Below, one piece after another: positions 53,301 to 64,000 of a stretch of 64,000 nt of DNA. The DNA comes from the human T2T-CHM13v2.0 reference genome, Homo sapiens, in NCBI RefSeq assembly GCF_009914755.1, contig NC_060930.1, one strand, 5' to 3'. How positions within the stretch are numbered: the stretch's first letter is position 1; each line of letters starts with the position of its first letter. Position numbers and translations under genes: made by a program. Under the pieces are notes generated by a model. It worked only from the letters and a program-made list of their open reading frames with translations. It had not been told where the DNA came from and did not search any database.

Positions 53301-54870
53301 AACATATACTATTTTATGCAACTTCCAAATTTGAATAGTAAAATAATTCAAAAGTGAAGAACATATTACAAAAATGCCTTATGATTATATTTCTTATCTT
53401 GGGTGCTGAACTGGAGCCAGATTTGAAGTTCTTCTCAGCCAGTATCAGAAGAGGCAGAAAAGTAATTCTTCTGTGATGGCAGAATAAATCAGACATGCAA
53501 CAGACCTAACTGAATGCAATGTCCTATTATATATTGGTGGAGATGCAGTATCTTTAAAATAATTGTTTTCCCTATAGAAACACTAGGTAATTCTCAATAT
53601 TTTATTCAATCGTTTATTTTTTCTCTCAGCCTTCTTAGATGTCTTCATATGTAACCTATACAACTGCATTGGTTGTGTTCTTACACTTGTTTACTATTGA
53701 TTTGGATTGCTTCCACCCCACTTTCTAATGTTTACTTCCAAGTGGAAGAAGATATGCTAGTATTTTACTTATTTACTCTCTCTATTCCTTAAGCTTTCTT
53801 GAGGAAGAGTAATTTAATCAGACTAATAATTTTGCAAAAAGAAATCTGGTGCAATTATCCTAGACCTCACTGCTTCTTGGGAATAAATCTTCCATAAAGA
53901 TGGCACGTTTTGCCACGGTCCTCCACACTATATGTTTTACAGGGGCACTGTAAGTTTTACACTGGGACACCTGCATAGATTCAGCACTATTATAGGTTTA
54001 AGTCTACTTAATTCTCAGGTTCAGTATTAAGAAAGCTAATTTCCTGCAGATTCAGTACATTGTTTAACATCTGCTTATCAGTGATAAAGATGGTTGTTAC
54101 ATTCTCCTTTTCACGCATTTGTTTTATATTTGATTAGAAACTCAGGTGGAGAAAAGAGTGGTGTTACATATCATACCCACTTAAACCCCAATAATTCTTA
54201 TAAATGATTACTTTTATTATATTTTCTAAGTTGTTATGGTCATTGCACTGTAAACCATTAAGTTATTATCTTCTATAACCAAAAATGATAGAATTTTTAC
54301 TGTTTCTTAGCTGATACCATTTGTTTTGCTACAAAAATATCATCTAAAATTGAGACTATATTGGTTAATTTATTTCCAATATTTATATCTGGATTATTTA
54401 TTTTATCACATTTGCATCAACATCCAATAATAAAAGACAAAAATGGCATTCTTCTACTGAATGAAAATGAGTCCTGGATTTGATACTCAACATGATATGA
54501 ATTTTTGTTGAAAGACAAATTTATTTATAAGTATTGCAAATGTATTCCTCCATTCATTGTTCACCAAAACGTTGTTAAATTAATTTAGTTTCTGGTCTGT
54601 TTTTCATTTAATGTGAAACAGGTTAATTCCTTAATTCCTTAAAAAGAATTATTATTACAGGCAGTCTTCAATCTAATAATGAGATGTATTTTTTCTCTTT
54701 TGTAACTGTAACTATTTCAAAAATCATTTCTAAAGTATGGCACATGGATAGCATGTTTTGTGAGACCTAGAATATGTGGAAATAATTTTCATGCTAAAAG
54801 ATCTACTTGACTAGATAGAAAATTCAAAATAATATTTGAAGACTCAGCCACACTATATTTGTGGTGGTAA

Positions 54871-56477
54871 TGATGGCAGTGGCGACCCTTCTGGAGTGGC
54901 TGCTGTGAAGATGCCAGCTGCAGCTTGGGAGACGTGGCCGGGGCTATGCACTCAGAGAGCTGGTGGGGGCTTGGAACAGGCAGGAGCCTCACCCACTTCT
55001 GAGTCAGTGGGACAGGAGCCCTGTGCTTCGGGGCACAGCTATAGCCACCTAACTGTGGCTCCAGACTTGGGCATCCCTGTGCTTTTTGGAGCCCAGGAAG
55101 CCCTCCCTGTCCCTGCAGGCTGGGAAGTGCCTGCTCCCACTCCCTAGCTTCTCCCAACTCTGGTGCCAGCTCCAATTGTGGAGCAAAGTTGTAGCCAAGC
55201 CTGGGCGCTGTTGCAACCTGGCCGGTTGTGCGTATGTACCCAGGGCAGTGCTGACACGGAAGCCCCCTGCTGCCTCAGGCCTCTCCAGACTTTGGGTGTC
55301 AGTGAGCACAAAAGGGAGGGGTGCTGAGGGCAGCTCAGCCTGGACCTATAAGGAACATCTTGGCAGGAACAGCCTGGGTGCCATGGAAGGCATGTTGATA
55401 GTGTGAGGTAGACAGTTTCCTGGGCAGAAAGGAGCAGGTCCCCAGTGAAACCCCACCTTCAAGCCAGGGACAGCCTGAAGCCTGGGGGCCACACTGCCAG
55501 TTCTGGGTGGAATCCACAGCCTGAAGTAAGAACTCATAGTGCTTTTTCCAGGTTGTCCCATGGCTTCCCATGGACCAATCAGTGCACATTTCTTCCCTTC
55601 AGAGCCCATAAAAACCCTGGACTCAGCCAGAATCACCCAGACTTTGGTACTACCAGCTGCAGGAAGCAGTTACTCACTTCAGGTCTCCTCAACTTTTTGG
55701 GACGACTTGCCTGTGGAAAGGAGCTACCCATGGTTCTCCTCTCTGCTGAGAGCTGGACACTAGCTGGGACAACCTGTGGTCTGCAGGTAGTATCTACCCA
55801 CCTCAGGTCTCCTAAGAGCTGTTCTGTTGCTCAATGAAACTCCTTTCTGCCTTTTTCACCCTCCAGTTCTTTGCATACCTCATTCTTCCTGGACATGGAA
55901 CAAGAACTTGGGACCCGCTGAATGGCAGGAGTGAAAGCACTGTAACACAAACAGAGCTGAATCCTCTCACCTCTCCACCTTCACTTGCCATGTTGTAGAT
56001 GACAAGAAGGAGAAAAGTGAGAAGGAAAGAAGAGCTGTGGCCCTTCAGGGAGCTTAAACCGAAAAGCTCCCCAAGCCAGGGCTGTGATACTCTCTTTGGG
56101 GCTCTACAGTTCCTGGCATCTTCAAGCTTCCTGGTGCCACCATGTTCTCCAATACCCAAGTGGAAGCAGCTTGCCATATGCCTGGTCTAGCAGCAGCCTC
56201 ACAGGAACAGATGCCTGGAGGTGTCTGCCTCACCACAGCCAGCACACCTGGCTGTGTGCAGTGTCTGGGCCCTGTGCTCACTCACAAACCCCTTGCCACT
56301 CTGCACTTGGCTTGCCCTTGGCAGGCATGGGATACAGGCCAGTAGCATGAGCCAAGTGGTCCTGCTGGGCTGAGTGGGTGGAATAACCCCAGCGGACCCA
56401 AGCAAAACTTGGGCAAAGGCACCACTGGCCACAGAGGTTTCCAACTAGAAACGTGACACCCTAAGGATTCTGTGAGA
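54871..56477 (+). mobile_element. MER52A ERV1 solo LTR (~1.6 kb)
   Basis: tgatggcagtggcg...ctggagtggctgctg start; cagagcccataaaaaccctggactcagccag TATA region; gccacagaggtttcc...gattctgtgaga end; perfect 4-bp TSD gtaa at 54867-54870 and 56478-56481. Confidence 0.93.
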
Positions 56478-56481
56478 GTAA

Positions 56482-56900
56482 TGTATTAGAATGTTTATTA
56501 TAACCCTATTAGCATAACTTACAAAGAAGCTGAATGCCCATCAAAAGAATTGTTAAATAAAATTTGTTATATCTATTATTAAAAATTATATAGCCATTGA
56601 AATCAAATAAGTAGATATATGCACACTAGGAAAGGGGTAAGTTATTAACTGAATAAAAATGTCATATATCAATTCATATCTATATAAGATAAAAATTGAT
56701 AAGGATGTTTATTTCTTTTAAATACAAGATTATACATATGTATGATTAATCTTACTCAAATATTTACTATAAATTTTAGAGTGAGTCTTCATGGGAATAG
56801 TAGCATAACTGTTGAATGATCTGTATAAAGGACTACCATTTAGTGTGTATTTTTAAACAGAATTCTAGTAATTCTTTTATTTGAAATTACATATTCCTGT
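56482..56900 (+). mobile_element. L1ME-like 3' UTR fragment
   Basis: gaatgtttattataacc...gaatgcccatcaaaagaattgttaaataaaatttg. Confidence 0.55.
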
Positions 56901-58424
56901 AAAATGTGAAACAACATATGTAACACAAAACATTCAACTGTGGTTACTTGTAGGAGTTATACTGAATGGCTCCAAGAAGACATTCTACTACTACCAACCA
57001 TTAAAAATAAAGTATTATGAATTTTATAATTACTTTTTGTGTGTTTTAGTATTTTTCAAAGGTAATATACACATACAATTTTTGTTATTTTACAAGTTAA
57101 GAATAGAAAACCCAATAAACTGGATTATAACCTATTTTTGCAGCAGTGTCAATATAGGATTGTTAAAAATTACAATTAAATTTCACAGTAAGCATTTGAA
57201 TTTCTAATTTCAGAGAATTCAGAGAAAAAATATGGTGGAGCAGAAATTCAAAACCTGAGCCCAGGTTCCAAAGTCAGTGCCTTAAGGAAAAAAAACGAAA
57301 ACAAAAACCAACCAAACAAACAAAAAACAGAAAACAATGACACACTTTTTCTCATGTATTGCATTGATTCTTTTTCACTCAGAAGAGACATAGCTTCATT
57401 TCACATCAGCTGTCTTGCTTTGTGATTCTCTGAATTGATATGCAAATTTGAAACACTTACTATGACTGGTTTTCCATATTTGCTTACAGTGCTTTTTAAT
57501 GCATAATAAAAACACTTATTTGATATTAGTGGGTCACTGCCATCATCTACTCCTGCTCTGCCCTGGTATTGCTTTTCTTTCCTTCCCATATGTGTATGTT
57601 AGAAACGTGTAAGTCCATAGCCTAGGAGAGGGGATGCTTAGCAGCCCCTAGACAGTGATAGGACAGTTGTTAGATTTTCTGGCTTGTGCACACCAAGGTT
57701 CTTTGAGTACAGAGTCACAATGAAAGAAAAGTTCAAAGTGTCATCCCCACCATTGCTAAGTAATTCCAATGTTACTGAATGAAGTAGAATATGAATAAAA
57801 CTCTGGATAATTGTTTCTTTCTACTTCATCTCCACTTACAGAGTTAAAAACTATTCCTTGAGTCTAAAAGTGATATATTACTCCAAATCTTCACTCTTTT
57901 TTAAACGTTTTATTTTGAAATAATTATAGATTCACAGAAAGTACCAAAGACAGTTCAGAGGTCCTATGTATTCTTCACTCGGTTTCCTCTGTGGTTATAC
58001 TGCATATTATTATAGCACAGTATCAAAGCCAGATAATTGACATTCATATAACGTGTGTATATAGTTCCATGTCAATTCACTATGTGTGTAGATTTGTGTA
58101 ATCACCACCACAATCAAGATACTAAAAAATTGTATCACAGAAAGGCCTCCTTTATGCTATTCATTTAAAGGCACACTTTCTCCATTATACTAAATCCCTG
58201 GCAATCACTAATTTGTTCTCTATCTCTATAATTTGGACATTTTTAGAGTTTTATATATATATGGAATAATAAAATATGTAATCTTTTGAGCTTTTCTTCA
58301 CACAGCATAATGTCCTTAAGATCCATCCCAGTTCTTGCATAGATTCATTCCTTTTTATTGCAGAATAGTATTTAATGGTATGGATGTACCATAGTTTAAC
58401 CTTTCCCCCACTGAAGGACATTTA

Positions 58425-58767
<343 letters not shown>

Positions 58768-61700
58768 CAAATGAAAATGCTATAAGCATTTTATCAATGG
58801 GATTCTATGTGAATATATATTTTCACATATTTGAGATAAACATCTGGAATTGTAATTGTTAGATGACACTGTAATAGCAAATTTAGTGCTTTTAGAGATT
58901 GCCAATTTTTTTCCCAGATTGACTGTAACACTACCTTCCCACTAAATACGTATGAGAGACCTAGTCTCTCCCCATGTTCTCCAGCATGGGGGATTTTCAC
59001 TATGCTTTATTTTAGCTGCTCTAATAGGCATGCAGTGATAACTTGTCTTACTTTTCACTTCTCTAATAACAGGTGTCAAACATATTTTCATGTGCTTATT
59101 TGCCAACCACATACCCTTTTCATTGAAGCATCTCTTCATGTCTTTGGCCCATTTCCAGCCAGATTGTTTCATTTGTTTTACTGTTGAATGTTGGGAGTTC
59201 TTTATGTTTTCTAGATACTGGTCCTTTGTTGGATAAGCTGTTTGCAAATATTTTCTCCTAGTCTGTAACTTATCCTTTCATCCTCTTAACAGGGTCATTC
59301 GCAGGGCGTCTTTAATTTTCATGAAATCGAATTTTTCAGTTTTTCCTCTGATGGATGGTGGATTTGGTTTTATGCCTAACAACTCTTCCACAAACCCTAG
59401 GTCCCAATGATATTTTTTTCTCTGTTATCTTTAAAAAGCCTCATAGTTTACATTTTACATTAAAATATATGATCCATTTGAGTTAAATTTTATATAAACT
59501 GTGAGGTTTAGGGCAAGTTTCATTTTTGAGCTTACAGATATACAATTGCTCCAGCACCATTTGTTAACAAAACTATCCTTCCAACATTGAACTTTTTCAC
59601 ACTTTTGCAAATGCCAGTTGGCCACACTTGTGTGGGGTTCTTTGTAGGCATTCTATTGCTTTATTTACCTATGTGACTATTTTACCACCAATACTTCCAG
59701 TCATGATTACTTCCTCTATATCATAAACCTTGAAATCAGATAGATAGAGTTCTCCTAATTTCTTCTTTTTTTCTTATAATTGCTTTGGCTATTCTAGTTC
59801 CTTTACTTTTCCATATAAATTTCAGAGTAACTCATCTATAACTATAAAAAATTCATGCCAGTATTTTTACAGGAATTGCTTGGACTTGTATATCGGGTTG
59901 AAGAGAATCAACATCTTTACTGGTGAAGTCTTCTAACCTATGAGCATTTATTTATTTAGATATTCTTTGACTTATTTCATCAATATTTTGTAGCTTTCAG
60001 AATACATGTCCTATATGTGTTTTGTTAAATTTATACGTTTTTTCTTTTTTTAACACTGCAGATAGTATTGTATTAATATTTTAAATTTCAATTTCTACAC
60101 ACTTGTTGATAGTGTATAGAAGTACAATTGATTCTTAATTTTGATTTTGTATACTAAGATCTTCCTAAAATCACTTATTAATTCTAGGCCTCTTTTTTAG
60201 ATTCCTTGGAGTTTTTTACATAGAACTATAAATCATCTGGAAATAAGGACACTTTTATTTCTTCCTTCTCAATGTGTGTATCTTTAATTTCCTTTCTTTA
60301 TTGAACTACCTAGAACTCCCAGTACTATTTTTGAATAACAGAAGTTAGAGTAGAAAGCCTTGCCTTTTGGATAGTCTTAGGGAGAAAGCATTAGTTCTTC
60401 TGTTATTAAGTATTAAATTACTTGAGGTTTTGTATAGGTGCTCCTTATCAAGTTTAGAAAATTATCTTCCATTCCTAGATTTGTGAAATTTTTAACACAA
60501 ATGGGTATTGAATTTTGCCTTATGTGTTTTCTGCATTAAACAATATATCACATGATTGTTCTTGCTTGGCTTATTGACATTGTAGATTTTTTCATTTTTA
60601 AATATTGAGCTAGTCTTGCATGTCTGGAACAAAAACATATAACTCAATTGTATTTGATTATATTTTTTCAAAATTTTTTGTACTGATATTCATAAGAGAT
60701 GTTGGTATTGGATTTTTTAATACTACTTTTACGTGGTTTTGATATTGGGATGATACCAGTTTCATAAAATGAGTTTGACAAGCTCTTTCTTCTTCCATGC
60801 TTTGGAAGAGATGATAGAGTATTGGTATTAATTCTTCTTTTAATGATTGGTGTAATTCTTCAGTAAAATCACTTGGGCCTGATAATTTCATTTATGTGAA
60901 GTTTGAAATTATGAATTCAAGTTATTTTAATAGTTATAGAACTATTTAAATGACCTGTTTTATATTGGGTGAGTTGTCTTTTTCTACTTTTTCAATTTTG
61001 TCCATTTCATCTCAATTGTAAAATTTGTGGTTTTAGAGTTTTTCTTCATAATCCCTTACTATTTCATTTGATGCCTTCATGTTCTGCAGTGATATCCACT
61101 GTTTCATTTTTAATATTAGTGGCTTTTGCCTTCTCTTTTTCTTTCTCTTTATTACTATAGATTTGACAATTACACTGATCATTTCAAATAACCAAGGTTT
61201 TGTTTGTTTGATTGCTTATTAATTTTCTCTATTTTTCTTTGTTTAAACTTCGTGAACATCAGTGTTTATTGTTTCATTCCTGCTCCCTTCTTTGGGTTTA
61301 TTTTTGCTCTGTTTTCTCTAGTTTCTTGAGGTAGAAACTGAGAATATTTTTAAGGCTTCTCCTCTTTTCTAAGGTAAGCATTTAGTAGTATAAATTCTAT
61401 TGCAGCACCTCTTTAGCTGTGCCCCAGAAATCTTGATACGTTATATTTTCATTTGTATTCAATTCGATGTATTTTTTATTTGCCTTGAGACTTCCACTTT
61501 GCCTATGGATTATTTAAGAGTGCCTTTCCAGATATTTGGAGGCTTTTTGGTAATCTTTCTGTTGTTGATTTATAATTTGGTTGAATTATGAACAGATAAC
61601 AATTTAGTAGGGTTTCAATTCTTTTAAATTTGTTGGAGATGGCTTAAAGGTCAGAATATAGGTATATTGGTATATACTTTCTATTTGTTCCCTTTATTTT

Positions 61701-61988
61701 CATTTCACTGCTTTTTTAAACATTTCTATGAGTTAATCAAACATGCCTCAGAATTTTGTTTTAAATTACCAAAGCATTTTAATGTATCTTTTTATATAGC
61801 TTTTATGGTGATTGCTGTAGGTATTATATTATCTATGCATGACTTATCACAGTCTTGTTTTCACCATATTACCAGTTCACATGATATACAGAAACCTTAT
61901 CTCCCATTACATGTCCTTAACCTCTGCCACTTATAGTAGAATTGTGTAAAAATGTCCCCTATGTACATTTAGAACCATATTAGATATA

Positions 61989-62180
61989 TTTTATGGTTTT
62001 TGCTTCATTTGCTAAATACAATTTAGAAAACTCAAGAGAAAGAAAACTTACTGTATTTACTCATATTTTTACTTAGGATTCATTTGACACTTTTTATGAT
62101 TTTTGCTTCATCTTCCAAACATAATTTAGGAAACTCAAGAAGAGAAGAAAAGCTTACTGTATTTACTCATATTTTTGCTT
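61989..62180. repeat. Diverged ~87-bp direct duplication
   Basis: Copies at 61989-62074 and 62092-62180 share tttttgcttcat, aaactcaaga and cttactgtatttactcatattttt. Confidence 0.9.
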
Positions 62181-63373
62181 CCAATGTCATTCTCATTGTA
62201 TGATTTCTATTGTTTTACCATCAAGTTCACAGACTCACTTTTGTTTTCTGCATTCTGCTGTTGAGCACACTCAGTGAGTTTTTAAAAATTTAAGTTATTG
62301 TATTTTTTCAGCGTTATGCTTCTCATTTGATTCTTCTATTTTTCATTTCTTGGATGAAATTTTGTTTTTTCATTTATTTGAAGAATGTTCATAATTGTTC
62401 ACAGAAGCATTTTTATGATGACTGCTATTGAATCCTTTTGAGATAATTCTACTGTCTATTTTACCTAAAGTTCAGCTTCTATTGATTGTCATTTTCTTAG
62501 TAATTAGAAGTCTTCTTGTTCTTAGAATAATGAAAGATTTTTTATTAAAACCTGAACATTTTGAGTAATATGATGTGAGATCCTGGATCCTACTTAAACC
62601 TTGAGCTTTAGCAGTCTTTCTTTGTCTGGTCCAGCTAAGGAAGAGTAATGCCACCTCCTTATAGCCAGGTGAGGAAGTAAGTCTAGGTTTTCCATTTGGT
62701 TTCTGTTGACAGTTGCCTCCAGGAAAAATGGCACCTTGCTATTATTGTTGGATTTGGGATCAGAGCTCATGCTTTTCACTTGGCCTTCACTAATGCCACT
62801 TTGGTTGATGAACAAGGGGTGCCTTTCTATTACTCTTCATGTGGCCTGCACTGATACTACAGGAGTGAAGGTTGGTCTCATTGCTGCTAAATGAGGTTGA
62901 AAATACTCAATCTCCACAGGGCCTACTGTGACACCCCCCAGTGAGAAGGGTGAGGGCTGGCTTACTACCTCCAGGGGTGGGGCAGAAGTCCAGGGTGCCC
63001 ACCTTGTCTACTCGGACACTATGAAGGGAGAGTCCTTGTTACCACCCAGTGGTGATGAGTGTTCTTGATCTCCATTCTTCCTCCTCTGACAACACCCTGT
63101 AATCAGTGTGGGTCACCTCATTACAACCTGGTGACAGTGGAAATCTAGGCTCCCTGCTTGACCTTTTTAGATGAGGGTGGTGCCACAGTTATTTTACAGT
63201 GTTTATCTTGAGCACAGCTGTTATTGTTGAAAAGATCTGCACTTGTCAGGCTGCCTTTTTTTGTTTGTTTGTTTATTCAACTAAAGAGAGCAGGCTTTGG
63301 GGGGAGCTTTTTTTTTGTCTGCAACTATTGGCTTTTCCAGGTCATTGGTTTCTCCAATAACTTCTGTGGAGTA

Positions 63374-63951
63374 CGTGAAAAGAAAGTAAATCTCGGGACC
63401 CCAAAATCACTAAGTCAAAGGGGAAAAGTCAAGCTGAGAACTGCATCAGGCAAACCTGCCTCCCATTTTGTTCCTAAATAATATGGCTGCAAAGATAAAA
63501 AGCTATATACCTCCCTTACAGTTTGCCTACAAGGAAATTCCTTGTGGTCCTCAAGATCTTTACTCTGAAATGGTTATGTTGAATTTAACCTTGGCAATGA
63601 AGATTGATAGCTTATCTTCACCAGTGTGGGACGAAAGACAGAATTCAAAGTCATCCCTCTGCTCACCTGAGACAAATGCATATCTGGTTGCTTCCTCTGC
63701 CTTATTGCTTATGTAAAAATGCAAATTCACTGAGCCAGACTGAGACATAAGTGACTATTCCTCTGCTCCCTCTCACATGTAAATTTTGTATTCAGTGAAA
63801 GGCCAATCAAGGACCCAAAAAATGCAACATTTTGTCTCTTAGCTACCTGGTTAAAGCCCTGGCTTTGAGTGTCCCCACATTCTAAACTAAAGCAGTGTAT
63901 ATCTTACACATATTGATTGCTGTTTTAGGTCTCCCTAAAATGTATAAAACC
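63374..63951 (+). mobile_element. MER4 (A/C-like) ERV1 LTR, 3'-truncated
   Basis: gtgaaaagaaagtaaatctcgggaccccaaaatcactaag start; similarity stops after ctccctaaaatgtataaaacc. Confidence 0.9.
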
Positions 63952-64000
63952 TTAAAAGCAAAGAGATATCCACTTACTGAAAGATAGAGTACATATGTTT

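Noticed and set aside
54789-56444. GC-rich ORF cluster as a gene or CpG-island promoter
   Set aside because: Coincides almost entirely with the MER52A LTR bounded by a 4-bp TSD, and is CpG-depleted.
62580-63370. Repeated gaagtccagg...tgacac units as a CRISPR-like or novel array
   Set aside because: Highly degenerate, irregularly spaced and contiguous with an antisense L1; best explained as repeats of an old L1 5' region. The DNA is eukaryotic, with no cas genes.

Overview
This is AT-rich primate (very probably human) non-coding DNA, either gene desert or deep intron. Roughly two thirds to three quarters of it, judged by eye, is recognisable transposon relic: 11 Alu dimers plus one FLAM monomer, old L1/HAL1 and L2 fragments, one L1PB 3' insertion with TSDs, many ERV1/ERVL solo LTRs (MER57, MER21, MER41A, MER4D, LTR33, LTR41, MER65A, MER52A, MER4), MaLR LTRs, and a complete THE1 element nested in an older MLT1 provirus. 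The only gene-derived sequence I can identify with confidence is a 3'-truncated, tailless 7SK retropseudogene (10125-10364, minus strand). No protein-coding gene is supported: the ORFs in the track are Alu, LTR, L1 or low-complexity artefacts, or chance ORFs. I found no convincing new biological system. The best leads are a repeat-free, developmental-TF-motif-dense block at about 6.7-7.9 kb (candidate enhancer or lncRNA exon), the 7SK insertion mechanism, a nearly abutting inverted Alu pair, and two junctions that look like templated end-joining scars. Repeat subfamily names come from recalled consensus sequences and need RepeatMasker/Dfam confirmation. Boundaries of the old elements are approximate.
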